Of a stretch of 64,000 nucleotides of DNA, positions 12,970 through 25,731 are shown in pieces. The notes under the pieces were generated by a model. The model made no database searches. It was given only the letters and a program-made list of their open reading frames with translations, and was not told the DNA's origin. Source of the DNA: Podarcis gaigeae (Eukaryota); assembly GCA_964106915.2 (NCBI GenBank), contig OZ066927.1; one strand, written 5' to 3'. The stretch's first letter is position 1; each line of letters opens with the position of its first letter. Position numbers and translations under genes: made by a program.

Positions 12970-14700
12970 TAAAAACACGGAAAAGAAGGCAAAGGAGAAT
13001 CTGGGGAAAAAACATTAGGAATCAAAGAAGAGAATAAAGTAAAATATCTAGGAGTTTGGCTTACATCTAACAATTTAAGTCTTATTCAAGATAACTATGA
13101 AAAAAAATGGACAGAAATAAAGAAGGATATGGAAAAACGGAACTGCATGAATTTATCTATGATGGGAAGAATATCAGCAGTTAAGGTGAACATATTACCA
13201 AAAATGATTTTTTTTATTTCAATCATTTCCGGTGATCGCTAACACTAATTGTTTTAAACAATAGGAAAAGGACTTAACAAATTTTATATGGCAAGGCAAA
13301 AAAGCCAAGGATTAAGTATAAAATACTAATAGATGACGGGAATAGAGGGGATTTCTCGCTTCCCTATTTGAGATTTTACTATGAGGGTGCATGCTTAGTG
13401 TGGATAAAAGAGTGAGCGGAATTAAAGGATGTAGGAACTCTGGACTTGGAAGGATTTGACCTAAGGTTTGGATGGCATAGCTATTTGTATTATGATAAGA
13501 TCAAAGTACATAAGGGTTTTTTAAACCAGGTGACCAGGAGGAGAGTGTATAATGCTTGGGCAAAACACAGAGAATTGTTACAAAGGAAGATCCCACGTTG
13601 GATATCTCCAATGGACACGGTTGTGGTAAAAAAGAATTGAACATGGAGGAAAACTGGGGAACATAAAAAGACCTTCTTGAATTTACAGATAAATTTGTAA
13701 GACTTTAAAAAGAAGTGATAGGACTTGTCACAGATTGCTTCCAGTATTTCCAAATAAACAAGATTTTTAAAAGAGACAAAGAAAAAGGATTTGTAGAAGG
13801 TGGATCGGAATTTGAGAAAATAATATTGGGAAAGAACAAAAAAAATATTGAAAGTATACAGAACTCTACTTGAATGGGAAACTAAAGATGAATCAGTGAA
13901 AAAGGCAATGATACACTGGGCGTGAGATTTCAGATATAACATTGAACTTTTGGCATGGTTAAAATTATGGAATGGCACCATAAAAAATTTCGGCTGCCTA
14001 TGCAATTCAAGAGAACATCTTCAAAATGGTATATAGATGGTATCTTGACACCAAATAAACTTGCCAAAATGTACAAGAGAGGATCCAATGCATGTTGGAA
14101 CCATCTAGAAAAAGAAGGTTCTCTATATCATACGTGGTGGCAATGTAAGTATGCAAAAAAATTATGGGAAATGAGGAACTCAAAAATATGTTTAAATTTA
14201 CCTTCCCTAAAAAACCAGAAGCCTTCTTGCTGGCAATAATAGGGGAAGGTATGTCTAAGAAAACAAAGAACTTATTTTTATATGCAACTGTGGCCGCAAG
14301 GATAACTTATGCAAAAAAATCGAAAGAAATTATTGATCCGACAAAGGATCAGTGGTTGCAGAAGTTAATAGAGTTTGTTGAGTTAGCAAGCTTGATGGCC
14401 AAAATAAGAAATTATGATGAAAAGAAAACAAGAAGCAAGTGAGAGCTTTTTGAAGAATACTTAAAGAGTGGTATCAAGGTTAACTGGCAAGTAGGATAAG
14501 CCTATGAGAATTAGTAGACAAGACAAAGGGAAAGAAAAAGGAAATAATAAAGTGGGGGGGGGGGAGAGAAAAGGTAAGGAGTTGTCTCTAAGAAAACTAA
14601 GAATTTGAAAATAGGATATCAATGGAAGATAAGTCAGGAAGCCTATGTAAGACTAAGGCAAGACTTGTATGGATGTAATGTGTAAAATGGAAAATGAATG
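12970..14700 (+). mobile_element. 5'-truncated L1-clade LINE, decayed ORF2 C-terminus and 3' tail
   Basis: Frameshifted translation KYLGVWLT..NLSLIQDNY..NLSMMGRISAVKVNILPKM; C-terminal zinc-knuckle-like CW...EGSLYHTWWQC; A-rich sense strand. Confidence 0.85.
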
Positions 14701-15189
14701 CGCGCACACAGACACACACTTAGTAGGCCAGTTCAATATATCAGTATATTGTTTAAAACCGCTATTTAAAGAAAATCATGATAACCTTAAAAAAAAAAAG
14801 ACCTGGCAATTTACTGTGAATCAAGCAGGGTATTGGAGAAGCTGGGGGAAGCCTATGCTTTGTCCTGTGCAGCTCTTGCTAACTTGGCGCAAGCTCCTCT
14901 CTGCCTCCTGCAGGCAGCGAATCACAAGAACTAGCTGTGGCTGAAATGATTGAGAAACCACATGCAGCGTTAACTCCACCTCCAGTTTCCCCTGCCTATG
15001 GCAGCAGCCGCAAGTCTCAAGAGCAGCCTGGCAAAAAATCCAGAATCTCTGCAGCCAATCATCTGGTAGGTTGCTTAAGAATGCTGCTCCATTACTAGTC
15101 TGGACTTCTGGAGCCACTTTTCTCCTCCTGTTCCTCCTCCTGTTCTCCCGTCAACATAAACAAACCAAAAAGAAGCACCTGCACTGGCC

Positions 15190-15740
15190 TTTCCCCCCAT
15201 CTCTGTGTGTGCACTGCTTGTGGGAGGGCAGTGGGTGTTGCGTTTGTTTATGTGATTGTGATTGTCTCCCAGTCTTTCTCTCTCTCCATCGCCAGGTTGG
15301 CTTTCCTGAGGGAGCAGCTCCTAGCTTACCAGTTTGATTATTAACAGAGCCAGTCCAGCAATCACTGTGGACTGAGCTCTCTCCTTCATTGTAAAAGAAA
15401 GACTTGTTCTGTGTGAAATGCTACTCTTTCCTCCCATCTGTGTTTGGGGGGGGCAGCGGGTGGGGGGTGTCTCTCCCCTGGTGTTTGGTTTTGCAACAGA
15501 GCAGCTCCCAGCTCACTGGTTTTATGATTAACTAAGCACAGAGCCAGTCCAGCATTCACCGTGGGCTCTCACCAATGGTTGCTTTTCATAATAAAAAGAA
15601 AGACACTGCTCTGTGCTTGAGACGCTACTCTTCCCCCCCCCCCATCTGTGTTGGGGTGGCAGTGGGTGGTGTGTGTGATTGTCTCTGTGTCTCTCTCTTC
15701 CCCACTCCCCAGGTGTTTGCTTTTGGGACCGAAGCAGCTT
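15190..15740. repeat. Diverged ~200-bp direct repeat, about 2.5 units
   Basis: CCCATCTGTG...GCAG(T/C)GGGTG...CCAGGT/TGTTT...GAGCAGCTCC...CAGAGCCAGTCCAGCA...AAAAGAAAGAC...GCTACTCTT recurs at about 15195, 15433 and 15641. Confidence 0.6.
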
Positions 15741-16059
15741 TGTCACCCTCTCACACATTCAATCAAGACTCAGTGTTGAGTTATATTTGAATATCTAAAA
15801 GTGTGACACTGAATTGCCCTTTTTCTTGTTTAGTACGTAATGTAATTCATTTTTTAGGGAACATTCTCTTACCTTACTGATGATGTGGATGAAATAAAGG
15901 GGGTATGATTCCTTCTACAGTTTTTATTTTAGAAAAAATATATGCTAAGTTAAACATTATTGGTAGTAAGTAGTAAGTTGCCAGGTCATTACCACATTCA
16001 CTTCTACATAGCTTCAGCCTTCTTTCACATATCATGATATATCAAAATATCGCGATGTT

Positions 16060-17580
16060 TAGCTAGTGATATAAAAAATCAGATACTTCTCAGCTCCCAT
16101 TGCATCTGCTAGCACTTGCCCAGCACAACTTTTCAGAATAATTAGGTCTTTAACATTCCCAGTGGGACAGCCAAATTTAAATACGAATTTGACCCATAGC
16201 TGTGAGGCATTTGCGAGTTTTTTTGCGGAGAAAGTCACTGCTCCACCGTGACCTCCCTGCCAATTTGGATACAGTAATAGAACTGGAGGCCCCTCTACTG
16301 TCCTCGGGTCCAATATTGGACTATTTCGACTGGATACTCCCTGCCGATGTGGACAGATTCCTCCGAGCTGGAAGGCCCACCACTTGCCTCCTCGACCCAT
16401 GCCCGTCTTGGCTGATTAGAGCATGCCCAGACGAGGTGCGGGTCCCCCTGGGTGAGATCATCAACTTGTCCCTTGGCACAGGGACATTCCCAGGGGAGCT
16501 GAAGGAAGCAGTGGTGTGTCCGCTCTTAAAGAAAACATCATTAGATCCTTTAGATCTATCCAATTACCACCCGTTTTTGAATTTTTCGTACTTGGGTAAG
16601 GTATTTGAGAGAGCGGTTGCTGAACAGCTTGGTAGGTTTCTGGAGGAAACATCGGCTTTGGATCCATTCCAGTCCAGTTTTCGTCCTGGTATGGGACTGA
16701 GACGGCTCTGGTTGCCCTAACAGATGATCTCTGTAGACCGAGGTGGGTCGGGACTGTTGATTCTTTTAGACTTATCAGCAGCCTTCAACATGGTTGATCA
16801 CAATCTTTTGGACCACCGCCTTGCTGACGTGGGGATTCAGGGCACAGTCCAACAATGGCTGTGTTCCTTTATCTCAGGTCGGGGACAGAGGGTGGCGCTA
16901 GGGGAGGAGATGTCATCGTGGCACCCCTTGGTATGTGGAGTGCCGCAGGGCGCAATCCTTTCCTTGATGCTTTTTAACATCTTTATGCGCCCCCTTGCCC
17001 AGATTGTCTGGAGTTTTGGGCTGGGTTGTCATTAGTATGCTGATGACACCCAGCTCTATCTGTTGATGGACGGCCATCCTGAGTCGGCCCCGGACACACT
17101 GACCAGATATCTGGAAGCTGTGGCTGGATTACTGCGTGGGAGTCTGTTGAAGTTCAACCCTTCAAAGACAGAGGTCCTCTGGCTGGATCAGGACGGCATG
17201 GAGTTGGGGGGCCAACTCCCATCTCTTGCAGGGTCTCAACTTGTGCCAGTGCCTTCTGTCAAGAATTTGGGTGTAATCTTTGATGCCTCCCTCTCCATGA
17301 AGGTGCAGGTTGCAGCTACCGCAAAGGCAGCATTTTTCTATCTCCGCCGTATCAAAAAGTTGGTCCCTTACCTTTTCCCGCCCTGGTCTGGCCACAGTGA
17401 TCCATGCGACGGTCACCTCCAGGCTTGACTACTGTAACTCGCTCTACACAAGGCTGCCCTTGAAGTTGTCCCAGAAACTCCAGCAGGTGCAGAATGCCCG
17501 TGGTGAAGCTCCTTACGGTGTCCTTGCTGGGGGACCACATTCACCCAGTGCTTTTCCAGCTGCACTGGCTCCCGGTGGAG
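16060..17580 (+). mobile_element. L2-clade LINE reverse-transcriptase region, decayed
   Basis: PTTCLLDPCPSWL, LLKKTSLDP..SNY, LDPFQSSFRPG, LLDLSAAF, GVPQGAILS, YADDTQLY, SRLDYCNSL, with stops and frameshifts. Confidence 0.9.
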
Positions 17581-17582
17581 TA

Positions 17583-17756
17583 CAGCAAGTGTTCTGGTTT
17601 TCTAACCTTTTTTTGGCAGCTGAACGTCTGATGCGGCTTCCACTTGAGTGCAGGAAGCTCCTGCAAGCAATTAGAAGTCATGCCTTGGTTGTCAAACATT
17701 TCAGAAGTTAAACGGGCTTCCGGAACGGATTGCGTTTGACAACCAAGGTTTGACTG
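17583..17756. mobile_element. TA-flanked mariner-type MITE at the 3' breakpoint of the L2
   Basis: TA|CAG...GACTG|TA; interior resembles the 634-873 MITE. Confidence 0.5.
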
Positions 17757-18933
17757 TATTAACCTTAAGTTCTTTCTGACAGAGGGGCCGTCACACAGCT
17801 GAAGATGGGAATGGATTTATGAGAATTAGCACCAAAAGCCGTCCTCTGTGGCTACAAATAAGATATGAAACATGCCTTGTAGTGGCACCTTAGAGATGAA
17901 TAACTTATTGTGTCATAATTTTTGTAGAGTAGAACCTAGTTCCTTAGGTGCAATATTGTCCTTGTTGGCTGGTTATTATTAGTTTTATGTGTACACAAAT
18001 CCAGAAAAGGTTTGCAAACTCTTATGATTCTCCTTCCTAAAATGGAAGGGTGCAGTAGCACTGTCGTGTTTCTGTGCAGATATATACACTAGCATAATCC
18101 ATTCAAAATACCAGTCATTACTATCTTATTTTTCTTGAGATCCTAATTTAACATCTGAAGAGACAATGGCTTTCTGCAGTGGGGAAGATAATCCCATATC
18201 TTGATAGATCTATCTTTGATCTTGCTTAGCAGAAAAAGACATCTGAGCAGTGTCTCATTAAATCTTGACTAGCCTGGCTTGATACAGCTTAATACCTGAA
18301 GCAGAAAATTAAATCACAACCCCTTTCATAATTAATACAAGACAGAAGCCTCTGGAAAATTCTACAATGGGGCTTATGTGGGAGGGAACTTCTATGTTTT
18401 TCTGCAGCTTCCCATTCATTTCAGTTGTAGCTTGCACAGGAAAACTTGCCTGTGGATTCTGCTCTGTTTGTGTTTGGTCCAAATGTGCCCTAAGTCTTCT
18501 CTTTACTTTGATTCTTGGTCAGTCCACCTCTGCTTGGGCATAATGTTCCTCAGTAGCATTTTCCAGACTTCCGATACCTGAGGCAGACTGTTCAGCTGAG
18601 CAGATAGTGGAGGTACATTCACTCTTACGCATACACCCTGAGAAGTTTAGTGCTCATAACACTCACTGTGTTTCTCTGGGCATGACTCCTGATGTGAAAG
18701 GGATTTGCAGAGAGGAAACATGGGTTAATTCTCAGGGTAGTTCAGTTATATGACATCCCTGCCTCATGAGTAGTTGCAATATTTAATCATACCTGATGCA
18801 GACAGAGCAGTGTTATCTGTCCTAGTGTCGGCAAGGCTAGAGTACTGGATCATGCAGAGACTTAGGAAACAGATGTCTTTGTAGGAAGGTACCTGGGCTT
18901 GCACAAACCTTTTAGTTATTCTTTATCCTAATG

Positions 18934-19429
18934 CAGGGGTCTGCAACCCGCGGCTCCGGAGCCGCATGTGGCTCTTTTACACCTTTGCCGCGGCTCCGGG
19001 GCGGATACTAGTTAGGGGAGGAGGCGCATTGTGTGCCCCGACACTCCCCACTGTGGCGGGCGCTGTACTGGCTGTGACGTCGCATGGGGGCAGTGCGTGC
19101 GTTAGTCACGCACCGTCCCGACGTCACCTTCCCGCCCGCCCGCTACATTGAAAGGGGGCATGTACGCTGGTCACTGCATTGAAAGGGGGCATGTACGCTG
19201 GTCACTGTTTTGAAGGGGAGTGAAGAACACACAAACACAAAAAAGGTAACTTGTTAATTTAACGTTTATTTCTATGAGGAGGTGTAATTCTGAGGGGTCA
19301 AACAAAGAAATAATAAAAAAGTGACAAAAAAGTTATTTTTATAATGACGAGTTTTGCGGCTCCCAGTTTTTTTTTCCTTCGGAAACGGGTCCAAGTGGCT
19401 CTTTTTGTCTTAAAGGTTGCAGACCCCTG
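18934..19429. mobile_element. Young non-autonomous hAT DNA transposon
   Basis: TIRs CAGGGGTCTGCAACC / GGTTGCAGACCCCTG; 8-bp TSD TCCTAATG/ACCTAATG; CpG-rich; internal 31-bp tandem duplication at 19146-19207. Confidence 0.85.
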
Positions 19430-20227
19430 ACCTAATGGCATATCAGCAGTACTGCCATGGCACACAAGCGACCAAAGCTTTCTCACACTAGTGGGGATGG
19501 GAAATTCAAAATATCTCTAGCTGCTGCCTGGCTAAACTCTGAAACCTCCTGTATCATGTTCTTCAGTGTGTAAAGTTCACTTTAGAAACACTTTATTTCA
19601 TGCTTCATGCAACTTCTGCAGCAGGAAGCAGTCGGTCACCAGACCTGTGCTGTTGATGGGTGCAGCAGCTCACCACTTCCTGTTGCTGAAGTGAGGAAAC
19701 AAAAGAAACGTCAGCGGGTGGCTCATTCTAGCCACTCATTAAAAGCTGCAAGTAGTTGTAAGACTTTCATTGCTTCCATGAAGAGAGAGAGTGTGTGTAA
19801 AAAAAACAGCAACCCACGAACCCTGTGTACATTTCTCAAATTTGAACAGGAATTTAGTTAGTGATTGCAACTGCTATGTTATGGCACACATTACATTTAG
19901 AGTAAGAGAATTTAGGGGTTGCATATAATCTATGCACACCAGATGTAGGCTTAAACATAAGCTTGTAGGCGCCAGTCCTTCCTATGGGATGGAATCTTTT
20001 CTGTGTGCAGGAGAAAGATGTTTTAAGCAGATAGTTCTTATCTCTAGGTTAAAATTCTCAAATTTGCTATAAATAAGACAACAAGAACCCACTGACAGCA
20101 TATGAATCAATATGGCTAACTTGACACAACAACCCACCCATGCAAACAAAACTCACTCACAAAACTGTAGGCAACCACCCATGCCCTGGGCCCCCCAACC
20201 TCTCTCAACACCAATGAAAACTTAATA

Positions 20228-20458
20228 CAGTGGTACCTTGGGTTAAGAACTTAATTCATTCTGGAGGTCTGCTCTTAACCTGAAACTGTTCTTAACCTGA
20301 AGCACCACTTTAGTTAATGGGGCCTCCTGCTTCCGCCGCGTGATTTCTGTTCTCATCCTGAAGCAAAGTTCTTAACCTGAGGTACTATTTCTGGGTTAGC
20401 GGAGTCTGTAACCTGAAGCATCTGTAACCTGAAGCGTCTGTAACCCAAGGTACCACTG
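20228..20458 (-). mobile_element. Tc1/mariner-type MITE, family A copy 3 (reverse orientation)
   Basis: CAGTGGTACC TIRs, TA TSD; interior is the reverse complement of copy 1. Confidence 0.9.
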
Positions 20459-20761
20459 TAAATGAATAGAAAGAGAACCTACTGACATGAAACTGACACA
20501 AAAACCTTGCACATATACCATATACCCCCACCTTGCGCTCTCTCCCCAACTATCTTTCCCCCCAAACTTTTACTGCATCAAAGTCTCACATTGAATATAA
20601 CTGATCTGTAGAAAGGACTTTACAATCTGAAAATAAAAACAATGTATGTACTTTTGCCACCCCAGGAAATCTTTGATAAAGAAACAATTTAAAAATTGCT
20701 TTAAAATTGGGGTGGACAAGTCAGGACAGCCATCCAGTAACTCTCAATGCTATGTCTACTA

Positions 20762-20923
20762 CAGTGGTACCTTGGGTTAAGTACTTAATTCTTTCTGGAG
20801 GTCCGTTCTTAACCTGAAACTGTTCTTAACCTGAAGCACCACTTTAGCTAATGGGGCCTCCTGCACTATTTCTGGGTTAGCGGAGTCTGTAACCTGAAGC
20901 GTATGTAACCTGAGGTACCACTG
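20762..20923 (-). mobile_element. Tc1/mariner-type MITE, family A copy 4 (internally deleted)
   Basis: Same TIRs and TA TSD; shorter interior. Confidence 0.85.
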
Positions 20924-22219
20924 TATATTAATTGTCAACAGCAAGTGGACTGCCAAGCCAAGTCTCAATTTTTCTAATTTAATTATCATTAAACTCTCAC
21001 ATGCGTTGCCATTTTGTGCTGATTACTGTGATGGCAATGGTTGCTGTTTTGAGTATGTTTATGAAAGGCAGGATATAAGTTAAACACTCATTGATCAGGG
21101 GGAAAGAGTTCAAGACTTTACATATCAGTCAGGAGTTGTGGGAGGAAGAACACACAGGAAAAGGTGGAACTTAGCAACAAAAGTGAGCTGTTTTGAGTGA
21201 AATGTCATCTTTATTAGCAGAAGCCATGTCAAGACTCTTGTCTGATGTTAACTCTTCAGTTATATTTTTTGAAGTTACCGGTAACTTCTCATTTTAGGTC
21301 TTTCTGGAGTAGTCCAGGGCTCAGAAATTTATTCCATTGCAACAAATGGAATACCGTGTTAGCTTCAGTCACAGTACAGAAAATGTCTATTGCTTATTCC
21401 ATTTTCATTCTGCTATACTACACATTTTATCTGTAATACTGTTCAGTATTATTAAATGCAAGCTCTTCATGCCCTTGACAGATAAATTTGTACAATGGAT
21501 TTTAACCCTGGGAATTCTTTGGAACTGTTTGTTGAGAAGCATTGATCACTTTATTGGGGGGGGGGGGTAGGCTCCATGGATGCATTTGGAATAGGTTTAA
21601 CTCTGGAGGTGGTTAGTCACTTCGTGATGTGTAAAATGACTGCCTTTTGGATTCTGCATGACTAGAAAGCAAGTCTGCTTAGACTTACATATGTAGCTTT
21701 AGGAAGCAGCCAGATCTGTTTCAGACCCACTCTGCGTTTTTCCAGTTCTACTCATTATTCAGAACCAAATTAAACCTGTTAAAAACAAAGTTCTTTCCCC
21801 CCTCCATTCACTGTAATGGATATTTTTAAAAGAGCAATATAATCACCAGTTGCACAGAAGTGGATGAAAGTTTGTGAATTAAGCCTGTCAAGTTGTAGGC
21901 ACCCTTTACCCTTTTTTGAAAAAATGAAATAGTTTTCTGCCAGATTTGGATTTCATTTGAAGGTATAGTCACCCCTTCTCAGGGGATGAAACCTGTTAAA
22001 TTTCAGAACGATATCTGCAACAGACAGGCTTTACTCTTTAGAGGTGGGTGGAGTAGGAACCATAGGGTGGGGTGGGGGAGTCTATGGCTCTCCGGGAAAA
22101 TCTGGGGCAGAGAAAATGTCATCACAATCCCCAGCAAGGAACAACAAGAGTCACTGGTAGGAGTCAACTTCTGTCTACCACCAAAGTAGGGTTACAGCTG
22201 CTTCTCCACAGAAGAGGCA

Positions 22220-22244
22220 GGAAAGTCCCATTGTGAAAGTGAAG
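22220..22244. promoter_or_regulatory. Candidate NF-kB site plus IRF-like motif in RAB8B intron 1
   Basis: GGAAAGTCCC (reverse complement GGGACTTTCC) at 22220-22229, followed by GTGAAAGTGAAG. Confidence 0.35.
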
Positions 22245-22441
22245 TTCCACTCACACTTCTCCGGAGCCCAGCAAGTGTGAGACTGGAAGTCCTCTTTCAT
22301 ATAAAGTAACGCTGAGAATTCTAAACTTCAGTATTTACAGAGTTCTCTCTGCCTACCACGATGATAGACAATATCTAATTTGAGAGCAAAGCAGCAGAAA
22401 CCTGCAGAATCCTAAATAACACAAATCTATCTTTCCCACAG

Positions 22442-22502
22442 GAATTGATTTTAAAATCAGAACAATAGAACTAGATGGGAAGAAAATCAAACTACAGATA
22501 TG
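22442..22502 (+). CDS. RAB8B: RAB8B exon 2 (GIDFKIRTIELDGKKIKLQIW)
   Basis: cag|...|gtaagt, 61 nt; Rab switch I/RabF sequence as in RAB8B. Confidence 0.95.
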
Positions 22503-23224
22503 GTAAGTTTTTTAAAAATGCAACTTGCCTCTGGAGCTAGAGGCTTCAGATCATGTTTGTAAATTTCACACTCCTAGTAAAATCATAGTGCCTTGAATGT
22601 GACAACCAGTGGCTGTAACATCTGGGTACTCCCACTGATGACAGACAAACTTAGTTCCCTCCCAAGATTGTTAAAGAAGCATCCTGTATGTACTCAGCAG
22701 ACAGCATGAGAGGATCTCCCCACACAATATAAAATCAGCTCCACTCGTCTACCTTCCTAGCAAAAGAACGTAGAAGCTGAGATCACTGCACTTGGAATGG
22801 AAAGATTGCACTGATAAAACTGCCATTTAATTAAATGCATACAGTTGGGGGAGATGGTGCACATGGATGAAAACCAAACTGTACATGTAAGGGCTGTACT
22901 TGGCAGTAACGTCTATTAAAAGTAAGCCTTGCTTCCAAATGTGTCAGGGATTTAACTATAAAACTACTGTCCAGATCAGCCTTCAACCTGGTGTTTTGCA
23001 GATTGTACTGGCTAGGGCTGATGCAGGTTGTAGTTTGTAACACATGAAGGGGTTGGGAAAGGCTAATCTAGAACCTTCTTGCTTGTAAATACAGCTTGCA
23101 TAACTTGTACTTTGAATGCAAATGTATTGAGAATGAGGCTGTAACATTTTGCTTAATTGTACTTGTCCAACGTAGAATGTAATTGCAAGGCACTTGTAGA
23201 ATTGTCACATTTATTTTTAAATTG

Positions 23225-23517
23225 TTCAGCCCAGACACTAAGATCCAGCGCCGAGGGCCTTCTGGCGGTTCCCTCATTGCGAGAAGTGAGGTTACGGGGA
23301 ACCAGACAGAGGGCCTTCTCGGTAGTGGCACCCGCCCTGTGGAACACCTTCAGATGTGAAGGAAATAAGCAGCTATCCTATCTTTAAAAGACATCTGAGG
23401 GCAGCCCTGTTTAGGGAAGTTTTTAATATTTAATGCTGTACTGTTTTTAACATTTGATTGGGAGCCGCTCAGAGTAGCTGGGGAAACTCAGCCAGATGGG
23501 CGGGGTATAAATAATAA

Positions 23518-23558
<41 letters not shown>
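23225..23558 (+). mobile_element. L2-type LINE 3' end with (TTA)n tail
   Basis: TLRSSAEGLLAVP..RAFSVVAPALWN; ends GGGCGGGGTATAAATAATAAA(TTA)n. Confidence 0.8.
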
Positions 23559-23559
<1 letters not shown>

Positions 23560-23672
23560 TAATGGAAAGGTCCTCATTAAGGGCATTGGTATTGGATGGG
23601 GGTGGGGTGTGAGCACTGAATTCCTCTCCACACCCCCCAACCCCCATTTCTTACATCTGTTTTGGTTTACAG

Positions 23673-23733
23673 GGATACTGCTGGTCAGGAAAGATTCCGC
23701 ACCATTACAACTGCATACTACCGAGGAGCCATG
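23673..23733 (+). CDS. RAB8B: RAB8B exon 3 ([20 protein letters not shown])
   Basis: ag|...|gtcagt, 61 nt; G3 motif WDTAGQE. Confidence 0.96.
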
Positions 23734-24479
23734 GTCAGTGCTCTGTTTCATGCATAGTTTTTCAACTGTTATAAAAAGATATCAGCATCTCACTTTTGAT
23801 TATCAAGTATATACTGTTGAAGATAAATATTTGGCCTTGCTTGACAGAAGAGCTGTTTCGTGTATCTGTCTTCTAAAATCCTGTTTCCAAACATCATGAT
23901 GGGAGTAGTTTTTCACAGAAGATTTTAGATTTTGGACCAGAGCTCTCCAAACTCTTCGTGTTGGTGACACACCTTATTTAGACATGCATCATTTTTGTGA
24001 CACAGTATTTCAGTTTTACTAGCAAACTAACCTCTTTCTAGCCCTGGGAGGAACATTCGTGCACATACCTACACACTGCAGCCAACATACCAACATGTTT
24101 GTAAAGCTGTGTTTTAATCCAACACCCAACACCCATCCAGTGTTAAAAATTCAGATATATAAGCTAATTGCCCAATGACACCCTAAACCTAGTTTATAGT
24201 TGCCACAACAGAATGTATAGGCACTATTTGGGGGGCGGGGATAAAATTGTTATTGTTATTGTCGTCGTCATCATCATTTCTGTACAACTTTATATTTTAA
24301 TCAAAAGATCTCAAAGCAGTTTACAGCACAATAAAACATCAAATAAAACAATCCAGAATAAAACAAATTAAAGCTTCAAGAAAAATATTTCAGATCCTTC
24401 TCAAAGTGGCATTTTGTTTGCCCCATATTTATTTACCTACTTAATTTTTATAGCTGCCCCATAGCAGAAGTACTCTAGG

Positions 24480-24680
24480 AAGGCAGTATGGTGTAGTGGC
24501 TAGAGTGTCAGACTGGAAGATCATGGTTCAAATACCCAGAATCATGAAGCTCACTGGGTGACCTTGGGCCAGTCACAGCCTCTTAACCTGCCTCACAGGA
24601 TCGTTGTAGGGATTAACTGAGGAGGGGATGAATCATGTGCTCCTTGGAGAAAAAGGTGGGATATACATGCAATAAATAAG
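24480..24680 (+). mobile_element. Old tRNA-derived (MIR/Squam-like) SINE
   Basis: GGCAGTATGGTGTAGTGGCTAGAGTG..GGTTCAAATACC..GAAGCTCACTGGGTGACCTTGGGCCAGTCAC; AATAAA tail. Confidence 0.65.
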
Positions 24681-24696
24681 CTATTCTGCTTATCTA

Positions 24697-25380
24697 CCGT
24701 ATTTTTCGCTCCATAAGACGCACCAGACCATATGGCACACCTAGTTTTGGAAGGAGGAAAACAAGAAAAAATTATTCTGAATCCCAGAACAGCAAGAGGG
24801 ATCTGGCTTCTGGGATACCGTGTGGCTGTTCTGGCTTCTGGGATAACCGCGCCAAGCCTCTTCAGGGCAGCAGGATGAAGGCTTCCCTGCTGTGCGGGGC
24901 TAAGGCAGAAGCCAGGACAGCAAGCGAGATCACTGCATAGTGATCCCTCATGCTGTCCTGGCTTATGGGATAGCCGCGTGCAGCCTCTCCCGGGCAGTGG
25001 GATGAAGCCTCCCCCTGCCCGAAGAGGCTGTGCGCAGCCAGGCGTGTCGCTGAAGGGGCGCTGCATAGAGAGGGAGAACTGCACAGCGCCCCTTCAGTGA
25101 AGCTGGAGACGGAACAGAAGGAGACCCTTCTGTTCCTCCTCCGGCTTCCAGGACAGGCGCATCGCTGGAGAGGTGCTGCACAGAGAGGGAGAGCTGCGCA
25201 GCGCCCCTTCATCGAAGCGGGAAAAGGAACAGAAGGGGCTCCGTTCCTCCTCCCGCTTCACTGAAGGGGCGCTGCGCAGCTCTGCTTCTCTCCGCAGTGC
25301 CATTTGCTCCATAAGACGCGCTCACATTCCCCCTTACTTTTTAGGAGGAAAAAGTGTGTCTTCTGGAGTGAAAAATATGG
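24697..25380. mobile_element. Tigger/pogo-like non-autonomous DNA transposon with internal GC-rich repeats
   Basis: TA|CCGTATTTTTCGCTCCATAAGACGCAC ... GTGTGTCTTCTGGAGTGAAAAATATGG; a partial relative lies at 62560-62727. Confidence 0.8.
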
Positions 25381-25653
25381 TTCTTAAGAAAGCTGGAGGG
25401 GTCAGCCAGATGGAGATGTCAGACGCCAACCTGGCATCCAAGGATCTCCACATGGTCACAGTTGGACCCGTGCCAGTTGCAAAATGCACCTGGCATCTGA
25501 GGAATTTCTATCACTGCTCCCATCATCCCTGTTGGCTTCAGAATACAATTGGGAACTGTTTCCTGGTGGTTGGTTTTTCCATTAGTATCTGGTTGAGCCT
25601 TTGGCTTGAATCCAGCAGCCAAGCACTTACGTTCTTACTCTGTTTTTTTGTAG

Positions 25654-25731
25654 GGTATTATGCTGGTTTATGATATCACAAATGAGAAGTCCTTCGACAA
25701 CATTAAAAACTGGATAAGAAACATAGAAGAG
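25654..25731 (+). CDS. RAB8B: RAB8B exon 4 ([26 protein letters not shown])
   Basis: tag|...|gtatgt, 78 nt; IKNW as in RAB8B. Confidence 0.96.

Noticed and set aside
24593-25673. Long ORFs (116-166 aa) over the GC-rich region
   Set aside because: Chance open frames in the repeats of a non-autonomous transposon, with no transposase motifs
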